Program-made: the position numbers and the translations under genes
Part shown: one piece after another, positions 9,223-19,081 of the stretch
How positions within the stretch are numbered: the first letter of the stretch is position 1
How the letters are laid out: every line of letters starts with the position of its first letter
DNA from: Alphaproteobacteria bacterium
Lineage (GTDB): Bacteria > Pseudomonadota > Alphaproteobacteria > JAUXUR01
Assembly (NCBI GenBank): GCA_030696155.1
Contig: JAUYSY010000022.1
Location: 4,172 to 68,171, forward strand
Length of the DNA: 64,000 nt
Direction of reading: 5' to 3'
The notes under the pieces: model-generated
The model's database searches: none
What the model was told of the DNA's origin: nothing
The model's input: only the letters and a program-made list of their open reading frames with translations

Positions 9223-10659
9223 ATGACAAATTCACCGCAAGCTATTGGTATCATTCATTTTATTGGCATTGGCGGCATTGGCATGAGTGGTATTGCCGAA
9301 GTACTTCACAATATTGGCTATAAAGTCCAAGGAAGTGATTTATCTGATGGACCCAATATTCAACGTTTAGAAAAAATAGGCATTCCTATTTTTATTGGCC
9401 ATAAAGCATCCCAAATAACCGACGTTGAAGTTGTTGTTATTTCATCAGACGTCCCTGATACAAATCCAGAATTGATTGAAGCACGCGCGCGCCTTATCCC
9501 TGTCGTCAGACGTGCTGAAATGCTTGGCGAATTAATGCGTTTCAAAAGTGCTATAGCTGTTGCAGGCACACATGGCAAAACAACAACAACATCCCTTATT
9601 GCGAGCCTTCTCGAAACCGCTAAAATGGACCCAACCGTTGTGAATGGTGGGATTATAAATTCATATAATACCAATGCACGTCTTGGCACAGGCGAATGGA
9701 TGGTTGTCGAAGCAGATGAATCTGATGGCAGCTTTTTAAAACTACCTGCGACCATAGCTGTTATTACCAATATCGATCCTGAACATATGAATTATTATGG
9801 TACGTTCGACAATTTAAAACTTGCTTTCGAGAATTTCATTCTCAACATTCCTTTTTATGGCTTTGGCGTTTTATGCCTTGATCACCCTGTTGTGCAATCT
9901 ATTATCCCACATGTGTCAGAACGTCGTTTAATTACTTATGGCACCAATCCACAAGCTAATGTTAGAGCACACAATATTCAGCTTCAGCCTGAAGGCGCAC
10001 GTTTTGACGTTGAAATTATGACCCGCAAACTTAAACGCCCTAAACATCTTAAAAATATATTTTTACCCATGATGGGACACCATAACGTCTTGAATTCATT
10101 GGTGCCTATTGCTATTGGCCATGAATTAGGTCTTGCTGACGATGTTATTATTGAAGGTCTCGCTTCATTTAAAGGCGTGAAGCGCCGGTTTACTAAAACA
10201 GGACACGTAGATGGCATCACAATTATTGATGATTATGGCCATCATCCCGTTGAAATTAAAGCAGTTTTAAAAGCAGGTCGACAAGCCACCAAAAACAAAA
10301 TCATTGCTGTCTTTCAACCTCATCGTTATACACGTGTTGAAAGCCTATTCGAAGAATTTTGTAGTGCTTTTAATGATGCCGATATCGTCATCGTTTCAGA
10401 TATTTACGCAGCGCGAGAAGATGCGATTCCTGGTATTTCAAAAGAAAGCCTAGTCGCTGGCTTACGTCAGCATGGCCATCGTCAAGTTATTTCCCTTCCA
10501 AATCCACATCATTTGCCAGAAATTGTGCATTCAATGGCGCAAAAAGGTGATTATGTTATTTGCTTAGGCGCAGGCGATGTCACAAAATGGGCTTATGCGC
10601 TCCCTGAAGCGCTCGAAAAAATAAGATCAACAACACAATTCCAAGAGGCTTATGTTTAA
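9223..10659 (+). CDS. murC: UDP-N-acetylmuramate--L-alanine ligase MurC
   Basis: P-loop GTHGKTTTT and the Mur ligase central and C-terminal domains. Confidence 0.9.
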   Translation: MTNSPQAIGIIHFIGIGGIGMSGIAEVLHNIGYKVQGSDLSDGPNIQRLEKIGIPIFIGHKASQITDVEVVVISSDVPDTNPELIEARARLIPVVRRAEMLGELMRFKSAIAVAGTHGKTTTTSLIASLLETAKMDPTVVNGGIINSYNTNARLGTGEWMVVEADESDGSFLKLPATIAVITNIDPEHMNYYGTFDNLKLAFENFILNIPFYGFGVLCLDHPVVQSIIPHVSERRLITYGTNPQANVRAHNIQLQPEGARFDVEIMTRKLKRPKHLKNIFLPMMGHHNVLNSLVPIAIGHELGLADDVIIEGLASFKGVKRRFTKTGHVDGITIIDDYGHHPVEIKAVLKAGRQATKNKIIAVFQPHRYTRVESLFEEFCSAFNDADIVIVSDIYAAREDAIPGISKESLVAGLRQHGHRQVISLPNPHHLPEIVHSMAQKGDYVICLGAGDVTKWAYALPEALEKIRSTTQFQEAYV

Positions 10660-11576
10660 TGAGCATCAGCCCCTTCCCTTCTTTATTGCCGCATATGCCG
10701 GACGTCAAGGGACGATTAAGTGAATTTGCGCTTTTGTCTAAAACAACATGGTTTCAGGTTGGCGGCCCAGCACAATTACTTTATAAACCAGAAAATGCTG
10801 ACGAATTATCCTATTTTTTAGCCCATAAACCCACCTCTATTCCTCTCACAACCATTGGCGTTGGTTCTAATTTACTAGTGCGTGATGGTGGCATCGAAGG
10901 CATTGTCCTAAGACTCGGTAAAGGGTTCACTGATATGGTTGTTACAAACAACCAAATCCAAATCGGATCTGGTGCGCTGGATATCAACGCTTCTCTTTTT
11001 GCATGCCAACACAACCTTGGTGGTTTTGAATTTTTAAGCGGCATCCCCGGTACAATCGGCGGTGCTTTACGCATGAATGCAGGCGCTTATGGTCGTGAAA
11101 TCAAAGATATTTTTATATCCGCGATTGCCCTTGACCCCAAAGGAAAAGTGCATAAACTAACAATTGAGGATATGGGCTTTTCAATGCGCCATTGCGCCAT
11201 TCCCCAAGATTGGATTTTTATTTCAGCTATATTGCAAGGTTATGAGGATGACCCACAGATTATCGCGGATAAAAACAAACACATCAAAAACCAACGCGAA
11301 TCAACACAACCGGTAAAATCCAGAACAGGTGGCAGTACTTTTGTGAATCCAAAAGGCTATAAAGCTTGGGAGCTTATCGAACAAGCTGGGTGTCGAGGCT
11401 TACGTTTTGGCAATGCCATGGTGTCTGATTTGCATTGCAATTTCTTAATCAATACGGGCGATGCCACGGCCCATGACATTGAAAGCTTAGGCCAACTTGT
11501 GCAATCACGTGTATTGGATGCAAGCGGTATTCTTTTGGAATGGGAGATTAAACGAATTGGTCAGAGACTTGGCTAG
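10659..11576 (+). CDS. murB: UDP-N-acetylenolpyruvoylglucosamine reductase MurB
   Basis: FAD-binding MurB fold motifs (GGPA…, RMNAGAYG, STFVNPKG); its start overlaps the murC stop (ATGA). Confidence 0.9.
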   Translation: MSISPFPSLLPHMPDVKGRLSEFALLSKTTWFQVGGPAQLLYKPENADELSYFLAHKPTSIPLTTIGVGSNLLVRDGGIEGIVLRLGKGFTDMVVTNNQIQIGSGALDINASLFACQHNLGGFEFLSGIPGTIGGALRMNAGAYGREIKDIFISAIALDPKGKVHKLTIEDMGFSMRHCAIPQDWIFISAILQGYEDDPQIIADKNKHIKNQRESTQPVKSRTGGSTFVNPKGYKAWELIEQAGCRGLRFGNAMVSDLHCNFLINTGDATAHDIESLGQLVQSRVLDASGILLEWEIKRIGQRLG

Positions 11577-11619
11577 AACTACCCAGATTATGGGTAAATT
11601 CGTTCAAAACTCCAGCCCA

Positions 11620-11737
11620 CCTCCTACGTCCCACGGCTTGTCCGCGGGATCCATGATGAAGAAAAGTGATGATAAATATTGATCGGATCTTTTCTAAAGT
11701 TTTCTGGATCCCGCGGTCAAGCCGCGGGACGTAGGAA
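11620..11737. repeat. REP-like GC-rich palindromic element, family A
   Basis: CCTCCTACGTCCCACGGCTTGTCCGCGGGATCCAT … TGGATCCCGCGGTCAAGCCGCGGGACGTAGGAAG: two inverted arms around an AT-rich centre, inserted between murB and ddl. Spurious ORFs overlap it. Confidence 0.75.
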
Positions 11738-11850
11738 GAAGGATGATCTAACATAAGAGATGTTGCGTCTGGCATAGGAACTATTGAGGATCTAAAGTGT
11801 TTTGAACTACATACAGACTCTAACTTAACATTACGATTAATGGATTATAA

Positions 11851-12783
11851 ATGACAAAAAAAATTGAACGTAAAAATATTGTTCTCCTTAAAGGTGGTTG
11901 GTCAACGGAACGTGAAGTTTCGCTCACAACAGCTATAGGCATTGAAAAAGCGCTTAAGAATTTAGGTCATGACGTTAAATGCATTGACCTTCATCGTGAT
12001 ATGGAACAGCTTGTGAAAGCTTTAAATCCAAAACCAGATCTTGTTTTTAATGCGTTGCACGGCAAATGGGGCGAAGATGGCTGTATTCAAGCAGTGCTTG
12101 ATATGATGGCCATTCCTTATACGCATTCAGGCAGACTTTCTTCCAAACTTGCCATGAACAAGCATATTGCAATTCAACTTTTTAGAAATGCAGGCCTTCC
12201 TATTGCCGAAAGCTATGTTACAACGATCGATGATGCGCTTTCTAATCCCAAAATGTCACCGCCTTATGTCATTAAGCCCGTTTCAGAAGGCTCTAGCGTT
12301 GGCGTTCATATCGTTCATGAAAACACAAAACCTAATTTTGATCCCAAAGATTGGATGCTTGATCCCATAGTACTGGTTGAACGTTACATCCCAGGACGTG
12401 AATTATCCGTCGCTATCATGGGCGATAAAGCGCTTGGTATTCTTGAATTGCGTCCTAAAACAGGGCTTTTTTATAATTATGAAGCAAAATATACCGATGG
12501 CATGACAGAGCATTTAATGCCAGCTCCAATCCCTAAAGATATCGAAGATTACGCAAAAGAAATCTCTCTGATTGCACATAAAACATTAGGATGTCGAGGT
12601 GTCACACGATCAGATATTCGTTTTGATGACACAAAAGGTAAGGATGGCATCATATTGCTTGAAGTTAATACACAGCCAGGATTTACACCATTGTCTATTG
12701 TGCCTGAAATTGCACAATATAATGGCATTTCCTTTGAATCCTTGATTCAATGGATGGTTGAGGAAGCTAAATGCGACGCTTAG
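11851..12783 (+). CDS. ddl: D-alanine--D-alanine ligase
   Basis: ATP-grasp motifs (KP…EGSSVGV, LEVNTQPG) and the dcw position. Confidence 0.9.
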   Translation: MTKKIERKNIVLLKGGWSTEREVSLTTAIGIEKALKNLGHDVKCIDLHRDMEQLVKALNPKPDLVFNALHGKWGEDGCIQAVLDMMAIPYTHSGRLSSKLAMNKHIAIQLFRNAGLPIAESYVTTIDDALSNPKMSPPYVIKPVSEGSSVGVHIVHENTKPNFDPKDWMLDPIVLVERYIPGRELSVAIMGDKALGILELRPKTGLFYNYEAKYTDGMTEHLMPAPIPKDIEDYAKEISLIAHKTLGCRGVTRSDIRFDDTKGKDGIILLEVNTQPGFTPLSIVPEIAQYNGISFESLIQWMVEEAKCDA

Positions 12784-13682
12784 ATTTTGTTGATAAGGCG
12801 GATTTCCTTGATAGAAAACCGACTCCAGGTCGACAAACCCATATACGTGAGCGTAAACGTAAAAACATTTTTAAAACGTTTTTTTTAAGTGTTATAGGTC
12901 TTATTTTGTGTGCCGTTTTAATTACGTTAGCTATTTTATGGCAACAAGGCATTATTCACGAAAAATACACCGAATTAAAACAAAATGTTTTAAATTACAC
13001 AGCTGAATTTGGACTTCAAGTACGCGATATAATTGTTGAAGGTCGTAACGAAACACCCAAAAATGCTATTTTAGAAGCAATTGGTGTGAATAGCGGAGAT
13101 CCCATTCTTGCTTTTGACCCTGCCATTGCCAAAGCACGCATTGAAGCTTTGCCATGGATCTCCCATGTCAGCATTGAACGTCGTTTACCCGATAGTCTTT
13201 ATGTTACTATTACTGAAAAAAAACCTATTGCCTTATGGCAATTTCAAGAAAAATTATCTTTGATTGACAGTAATGGGACAAGCATTCCTGATGTTGATCG
13301 CAGCAAATACAAAAATATTCCCTTAATTGTGGGTGAAGATGCACCCAAATTTGCACCTTCTTTTTTTGAAATTTTAGAATCTGAGTCACATTTGAAATCA
13401 CTCATTGCCTCAGCCGTTATTATCGGTAAAAGACGTTGGGATCTGCATTTAAAAAACGGCATGATCGTCAAGCTTCCTGAAAATAATGCATCGGCCGCAT
13501 GGACGCAATTAGCCCTTTTAGATCAAGAGCATAAATTGCTTGATCGCGATATTGCTATCATTGATTTCAGATTACCAGATCGCCTTATCATTAAAATGGC
13601 CTCACCTAATGCACCCAACGAGACCATTCCCAATAAAACAAACACAGATATAAAACCACCGAAAGCTAGATTCAATGCATAA
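12771..13682 (+). CDS. ftsQ: cell-division protein FtsQ
   Basis: A single transmembrane segment after a basic N-terminus, then POTRA-like and FtsQ domains; it lies between ddl and ftsA. Confidence 0.8.
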   Translation: MRRLDFVDKADFLDRKPTPGRQTHIRERKRKNIFKTFFLSVIGLILCAVLITLAILWQQGIIHEKYTELKQNVLNYTAEFGLQVRDIIVEGRNETPKNAILEAIGVNSGDPILAFDPAIAKARIEALPWISHVSIERRLPDSLYVTITEKKPIALWQFQEKLSLIDSNGTSIPDVDRSKYKNIPLIVGEDAPKFAPSFFEILESESHLKSLIASAVIIGKRRWDLHLKNGMIVKLPENNASAAWTQLALLDQEHKLLDRDIAIIDFRLPDRLIIKMASPNAPNETIPNKTNTDIKPPKARFNA

Positions 13683-13702
13683 AATGTTTAAAACAGAGAT
13701 TT

Positions 13703-14953
13703 ATGATGGCTAAAATAAGATCAAATACGATCGCAGCTCTGGATATTGGCTCCTCTAAAATTAGCTGCCTCCTTGCAAAAATTTCTAGTGATCTTTCGGT
13801 GCAAATTATTGGATCTGGTCATCATGTTGCACGTGGCATTAAATCTGGTGCTATTATCGATATGGAAGATGCCATTCAAGCCATATCCAACGCCGTCAGC
13901 GCTGCCGAACAAATTTCGGGTGAAACAGCACATGATGTGATTGTTAATATTACAGCAGGTCAGCCAAGCTCTAAAATGATTCATGCTGAAGTGCAGCTTG
14001 CTGGCCATGAAGTCGATGATAATGATTTAAAAAACGTTCTTGATCACGGCAGAACATTACCTGATCTCACCGATCGCACCCTTATTCATTCTATCCCCAC
14101 TGATTATGTCATCGACGGGAGCCACGGTATTCGCGATCCACGTGGCATGTTTGGGCAAAAACTTGCTGCCAATATTCATGCCGTCACCGCCAATATAGGC
14201 GCTATCCGCAATATCGCCAATTGTATATCCAGATGCCACCTTGATATTACAGCGGCTGTTTTATCCTCTTATGCCTCTGGCCTTGCATGTCTTGTTGAAG
14301 ATGAAATGGATTTAGGCGTCACCATCATTGATATGGGTGGTGGCACTACCAAAACGGCCGTATTCAATGACGGAAATTTAATCTTTACCGATTTACTATC
14401 CGTCGGCGGTTCTCATGTCACCAATGATATTGCCCGCGGTTTAGGCACACCCTTAACCCATGCTGAACGTCTAAAAACATTACATGGTCATGCCATGCTG
14501 ATGTCCATGGATGATAATGAAATATTAGATGTACCTTTCATAGGGGACGATCAATATGCGCAATCAGGCCCCATTTCAAAATCTGTCCTGGTGAGCATTA
14601 TCCAGCCAAGACTCGAAGAAATATTTGAACTTATTCGCTCTCGTCTTGAAGCAAGCGGTCTTGATCATTTGGCAGGGCGCCATGTTGTCCTGACAGGTGG
14701 TGCCAGCCAATTACCCGGCACGCGCGAACTTGCAAGCATGGTGCTGAATAAACAAGTGCGTATTGGCAGACCCCTTAAAATTCCTGGACTTCAAATCACC
14801 GAAGCGGGACCAGCTTCTTCAACTTTAGTAGGGCTTTTGGTCTATGCCCTTCAAAATAAATCTATTTATGGAAAATCAATACCTTCCCTAGATAAAAAAA
14901 GCCAAAAAACTGTCTTTTCTAGAATAGGAAAACTTTTTGGGCGATCAAAATGA
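13703..14953 (+). CDS. ftsA: cell-division protein FtsA
   Basis: Actin-like ATPase motifs (ALDIGSSKI, DMGGGTT) and a C-terminal amphipathic tail. Confidence 0.9.
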   Translation: MMAKIRSNTIAALDIGSSKISCLLAKISSDLSVQIIGSGHHVARGIKSGAIIDMEDAIQAISNAVSAAEQISGETAHDVIVNITAGQPSSKMIHAEVQLAGHEVDDNDLKNVLDHGRTLPDLTDRTLIHSIPTDYVIDGSHGIRDPRGMFGQKLAANIHAVTANIGAIRNIANCISRCHLDITAAVLSSYASGLACLVEDEMDLGVTIIDMGGGTTKTAVFNDGNLIFTDLLSVGGSHVTNDIARGLGTPLTHAERLKTLHGHAMLMSMDDNEILDVPFIGDDQYAQSGPISKSVLVSIIQPRLEEIFELIRSRLEASGLDHLAGRHVVLTGGASQLPGTRELASMVLNKQVRIGRPLKIPGLQITEAGPASSTLVGLLVYALQNKSIYGKSIPSLDKKSQKTVFSRIGKLFGRSK

Positions 14954-15002
14954 AAACCGCAAAAACTCCCCAGGAAGAGAGCATACGAATTTTGGATGCC
15001 TC

Positions 15003-15119
15003 TCCTCCTACGTCCCGCGGCTTGACCGCGGGATCCATATTGTCGAAGGTAGACAAATGGATTTATAGAACTTTCTATAAATTTTATGGACCCCGCGGTC
15101 AAGCCGCGGGGCGTAGGAA
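15003..15119. repeat. REP-like palindromic element, family A
   Basis: CCTCCTACGTCCCGCGGCTTGACCGCGGGATCCAT … GGACCCCGCGGTCAAGCCGCGGGGCGTAGGAAA, between ftsA and ftsZ. Confidence 0.75.
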
Positions 15120-15181
15120 ATTGAGTAGTGAAAAAAAATTAAATACTTATTGTCAAATTTTGTGACACGTTTATTATTTGT

Positions 15182-16879
15182 GTGACGTTAGAATATGGAG
15201 AATCTAAAATGAGCATTACACTAAAAGCACCAAGCCACGAACCCGAATTAAAACCTAAAATTACTGTCTTTGGTGTCGGTGGTGCGGGTTGTAATGCCGT
15301 TAACAACATGATTCGCTCAAACCTTGAAGGTGTTGAGTTTGTTGTTACAAATACGGATGCACAAGCTATTGCCAATAATTTATGCACCAGACGCATTCAA
15401 TTAGGTGAAAAACTTACTCAAGGACTAGGTGCTGGCTCACGCCCCGAAACTGGGAAAGCAGCTGCCGAAGAAGCAGCTGAAGAAATTATCGATCACCTTG
15501 AAGGCTCTAACATGGTCTTCATCACAGCCGGTATGGGCGGTGGCACGGGCACGGGTGCAGCCCCTGTTATTGCAAAGCTTGCTAAAGAACGCAATGTCTT
15601 AACTGTTGGTGTTGTGACGAAGCCTTTCCATTTTGAAGGCAAACACCGTATGCGTATTGCTGATGGTGGCATCGAAGAGCTTACCCAATTTGTTGATACG
15701 CTTATTATCATTCCTAACCAAAATTTATTCCGTATCGCGAATGAAAAAACAACTTTTGCCGATGCCTTCAACATGGCCGATGATGTTCTTTATTCAGGTG
15801 TCAGAGGCGTCACTGATTTAATGATTATGCCAGGCCTTATTAACCTTGATTTCGCTGACATTAAAACTGTTATGTCCCAAATGGGTAAAGCCATGATGGG
15901 CACAGGCGAAGCCAGTGGTGAAAGACGTGCGATTGTCGCGACTGAAGCCGCTATTTCTAATCCATTGCTTGAAGATGTTTCCATGAAAGGTGCACGTGCG
16001 CTTTTAATTAACATCACCGGCGGCATGGATATGACGTTGTTTGAAGTGGATGAAGCAGCCAACCGCATTCGTGAAGAAGTTGATCCAGATGCCAATATTA
16101 TTTTTGGTTCTACTTTTGATCAATCCATGGATGGTATTATGCGCGTTTCTGTTGTTGCAACCGGTATTGATGCTGAAGCCCATATTCAAAAGAAAATGGA
16201 AAAGAAAGCAATTTCCATGTTCCAAGAACGTTCAAAATTAACAGAATCCGAATCTATGCAAGTCGATCTTGACCAAACAAGCCTTAAAGCAAATGAACGC
16301 TTTGCGCTTGGTGCAATCGATAAAAATGCCCTTGATAACGATCATAACGTTAAAAAACCAAAAACAAATGATTTCTTTATGAATATAATCGACGAATCCA
16401 AATCCACACAAAATACAAAACAAGAACATGGCTTTATCCCAGCGCAAGCCGTCAACCCTCAAGATCTTGACGATAATGCCTATAATGCGCGTGATCCCTA
16501 TCAGGAACCTCAAGAAAAACCAAAAGAAAAGAAAAAACTAAGCCTTTTTGAACGCTTAACAGGCATTCGTTCACGCAGCCAAGAAAAAGAAGAAGAGGAA
16601 GATGTTTATGCACGCCATGAACAGCCTTTCCCACAAAACACACAAGTGAATAATCCAAATGCAGGTTTATCGAATACAACCCATTCAAATACAGGGTCTT
16701 TAAACGCGGGAACAGGCAATGCGAGCCAGGGAAGTGCAGGCCTCTCCAATCCAGCACCTCATAACATCGCGTCTTTAAATCAAGCGCCACAAGCTGAAAG
16801 TAATGCGCCTGCTAAGACAACAGCTAAAGACGATGAATTGTTGGATATACCAGCGTTTTTAAGACGTAAATCGCATTAA
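15182..16879 (+). CDS. ftsZ: cell-division GTPase FtsZ with a long C-terminal linker; the true start is probably the internal ATG at 15209 (MSITLKAP…)
   Basis: Tubulin signature GGGTGTG, the T7 loop NLDFADIKT, and a roughly 250-aa low-complexity C-terminal extension ending in the conserved C-terminal peptide DIPAFLRRK. Confidence 0.9.
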   Translation: MTLEYGESKMSITLKAPSHEPELKPKITVFGVGGAGCNAVNNMIRSNLEGVEFVVTNTDAQAIANNLCTRRIQLGEKLTQGLGAGSRPETGKAAAEEAAEEIIDHLEGSNMVFITAGMGGGTGTGAAPVIAKLAKERNVLTVGVVTKPFHFEGKHRMRIADGGIEELTQFVDTLIIIPNQNLFRIANEKTTFADAFNMADDVLYSGVRGVTDLMIMPGLINLDFADIKTVMSQMGKAMMGTGEASGERRAIVATEAAISNPLLEDVSMKGARALLINITGGMDMTLFEVDEAANRIREEVDPDANIIFGSTFDQSMDGIMRVSVVATGIDAEAHIQKKMEKKAISMFQERSKLTESESMQVDLDQTSLKANERFALGAIDKNALDNDHNVKKPKTNDFFMNIIDESKSTQNTKQEHGFIPAQAVNPQDLDDNAYNARDPYQEPQEKPKEKKKLSLFERLTGIRSRSQEKEEEEDVYARHEQPFPQNTQVNNPNAGLSNTTHSNTGSLNAGTGNASQGSAGLSNPAPHNIASLNQAPQAESNAPAKTTAKDDELLDIPAFLRRKSH

Positions 16880-16885
16880 GATCCA

Positions 16886-16933
16886 TGTGGAATAAGTTGA
16901 TCTTTAGAAACAACTCATTCCACAACCTTTTTT
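16886..16933 (+). terminator. terminator-like hairpin after ftsZ
   Basis: 8-bp arms TGTGGAAT / ATTCCACA separated by a long loop and followed by a T6 run. Confidence 0.4.
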
Positions 16934-17023
16934 ATAATTCAAAAATTATCTTAATATCTCTCAATTCAAACTACCTAACAATTTATAATTGCAACACAAC
17001 CCAAAACAGTACAAAATAAAGGC

Positions 17024-18139
17024 ATGAAAATGAACCGTTTTACCCTTATCTTTTTTATAACATTCTTTAATTTTTCGACTATATATGCAGCAACGCTTGA
17101 AGATAAAATCGGCCAAATGATTATGCTTGGTTTCGATGGTGTTAGCGCTGAAGATGAATCTGTGCAACAAATAGGCAGAATAATAAATGAGGGCTTAATA
17201 GGTTCCGTTATCTTTTATCAAAAAAATATCCAATCACCTGAACAAATTAAAAATTTAACAAGCTTTATTAAAAGTTTTGCGCAACCCGATAATAATCTTC
17301 TTCTAGCTATTGACCAAGAAGGTGGGAAAGTTCAACGCTTAAAAGAAGCCAATGGATTCACAAATTATCCCTCTGCAAAAGAAGTTGGCAACAAATCTGT
17401 TGAAGAAGCTCAAGAAATCTATAATTCTATGGCTAAAGAATTAAATGAATATCAGTTTAACTTCAACTTAGCACCAGTTGTTGATCTTAATTACGGTCCA
17501 TCATCTTCAGCAATCGGCAGATATGATAGAGCCTTTAGTCAAAATCCATTCGACGTAACAACTTATGCAACATCTTTCATTAAAAGCCACTTTACAAACA
17601 ATGTGTTAACATGCCTTAAACATTACCCAGGTCACGGCAGCGCTAAAGGAGACACGCATAAGGATTCAACCAATGTCACTCATTGTTGGGAAGAGAAAGA
17701 ATTACATCCATTTTATGATTTAAAAGATCAACAATCTTGCGCCATTATGACAGCCCATATCGTAAATGTACAACTTGACGATTCTTTAATACCTGCAACT
17801 ATGAGCGCGCCAATCATTCAAGAAAAATTAAGAAGCGAATTTGGCTATAATGGAGTTGTTATAACTGATGATTTGCTCATGAATGCCATTTGGGGTCATT
17901 ATTCATTAGAAGACATTGTGCTGAAAACCATTTTAGCCGGTTGCGACATCCTATTATTTTCCAATAATCAAATAACTTTTCAGCAAGTGGGTCGTGAAGA
18001 CGCATCATCTATGGATTTTCCTAAACGCATTCGGAATATTGTTTTAGAGCTCATTGCTCAAGACAAATTAACAGAAGAAAGAATCGATCAATCTTATCAA
18101 CGTATTATGGCTTTTAAAAACCTCCTTAGACGTGAATAA
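17024..18139 (+). CDS. glycoside hydrolase family 3 beta-N-acetylhexosaminidase-like (NagZ-like) protein with a signal peptide
   Basis: GH3 N-domain motifs (IDQEGG, KHYPGHGSAKGDTHKD) and an N-terminal signal peptide (MKMNRFTLIFFITFFNFSTIYA). Confidence 0.75.
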   Translation: MKMNRFTLIFFITFFNFSTIYAATLEDKIGQMIMLGFDGVSAEDESVQQIGRIINEGLIGSVIFYQKNIQSPEQIKNLTSFIKSFAQPDNNLLLAIDQEGGKVQRLKEANGFTNYPSAKEVGNKSVEEAQEIYNSMAKELNEYQFNFNLAPVVDLNYGPSSSAIGRYDRAFSQNPFDVTTYATSFIKSHFTNNVLTCLKHYPGHGSAKGDTHKDSTNVTHCWEEKELHPFYDLKDQQSCAIMTAHIVNVQLDDSLIPATMSAPIIQEKLRSEFGYNGVVITDDLLMNAIWGHYSLEDIVLKTILAGCDILLFSNNQITFQQVGREDASSMDFPKRIRNIVLELIAQDKLTEERIDQSYQRIMAFKNLLRRE

Positions 18140-18168
18140 TCTATAAAATTTTAAGTGTCGGCATTGAA

Positions 18169-18867
18169 TTAATTTTTAGTGCCGAAAATATTATCCCAAG
18201 AAATTATAAAACAACTTAAAAAATTATATGCATTAAATTGTGATGTTTCTTTTTGGGAATCATCTTTCATCAAAGATTCTATTTCAATTTCTTCTTCTAA
18301 AACATCTTCTTCATCAGAATAATGAGCATCATCTTCTTGAAGAACAAATTTAATATCGCTTTGATTGCCAAAATTAGATTCTAAATTAGAAATACGCTGA
18401 TTTTTATTTTGCTTGTAAAGCATAAAAAAATAATCGGTTGAAACAACAAGATGTTCTTTTGTAAATTTTTCGTATGTTATTTCGAATTTTAATGCGTATC
18501 GACCTAAAATACCAGTTTTCAATATATCCAATTTATTAAATTCATTACTTGAATCATATAAATTTAGCAAATCAGGAATACACATTTTAAAAATAGAAGG
18601 AAACCAATCATTCTTTTTTTGAATTGTATTTGTTGTTATTAATTTAGGTTTTATATTAACATTTTTAATCGATATAATTTTTTTAAGACCTACAGCTTCA
18701 AATTGAAAAGGATAATATTGCCAATTTTTATAAAAACCATCGAGAAGAATGTCGTTAAAAAAAATGTTTTCATCAATTTCAATAAATTTGGGCATAAAAG
18801 CGCTGGCTTGAAAGCTTAAAAAAGAACATATTAAAAAATTAATAAGAAGAAACAGCTTGTTGTTCAT
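18169..18867 (-). CDS. hypothetical secreted protein with an acidic C-terminal tail
   Basis: Signal peptide MNNKLFLLINFLICSFLSFQASA and a Glu/Asp-rich C-terminus; no known motif. It lies directly downstream of the ChaC-domain gene array. Confidence 0.45.
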   Translation of the reverse strand: MNNKLFLLINFLICSFLSFQASAFMPKFIEIDENIFFNDILLDGFYKNWQYYPFQFEAVGLKKIISIKNVNIKPKLITTNTIQKKNDWFPSIFKMCIPDLLNLYDSSNEFNKLDILKTGILGRYALKFEITYEKFTKEHLVVSTDYFFMLYKQNKNQRISNLESNFGNQSDIKFVLQEDDAHYSDEEDVLEEEIEIESLMKDDSQKETSQFNAYNFLSCFIISWDNIFGTKN

Positions 18868-19033
18868 AAAATCTCTTTATAATTCAAAAAGACGTCCTAT
18901 TAAAAGGTTACCAAAAATTATACAAATTAACACGCTATTTTAATTTATTATATACCACGTGAAATATAGTAAAGTTGCCCATGAAATCCATTTTTTGAAC
19001 TTTCATAACCCTCTATTGGATTAAATAATCCAA

Positions 19034-19073
19034 AGTAATCTGCGTTCAAATTAATCACTAAACGCAGATTACT
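19034..19073 (-). terminator. hairpin terminator downstream of ChaC-domain paralog 1
   Basis: 13-bp perfect arms AGTAATCTGCGTT / AACGCAGATTACT located 9 bp after the stop codon, on the minus strand. Confidence 0.5.
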
Positions 19074-19081
19074 ATCACGGC

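Noticed and set aside
9360-9770. 136-aa antisense ORF inside murC (and similar antisense or alternative-frame ORFs inside ftsZ, sdhA, fadB-like, thiolase, dnaA and others)
   Set aside because: They are fully embedded in well-supported conserved genes and show no motifs, which is typical of spurious ORFs in the opposite or alternative frames.
11497-11775. ORFs 11497..11682 (+) and 11548..11775 (-) encoding Gly/Arg-rich peptides (…HGSRGQAVGRRRWAG…)
   Set aside because: They lie entirely within the family A REP palindrome; the same 'protein' appears wherever the repeat occurs (14866..15165, 21281..21487). They are translations of the repeat, not genes.
14866-15165. ORFs 14866..15102 (-) and 14950..15165 (+)
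   Set aside because: They overlap the ftsA 3' end and the REP element; the repeat-derived GSRGQAAGRRRR peptide marks them as spurious.
15182-15208. The N-terminal extension MTLEYGESK of ftsZ
   Set aside because: Conserved FtsZ N-termini begin near MSITLKAP…; the upstream ATG adds 9 non-conserved residues. I kept the ORF coordinates but consider 15209 the likelier start.
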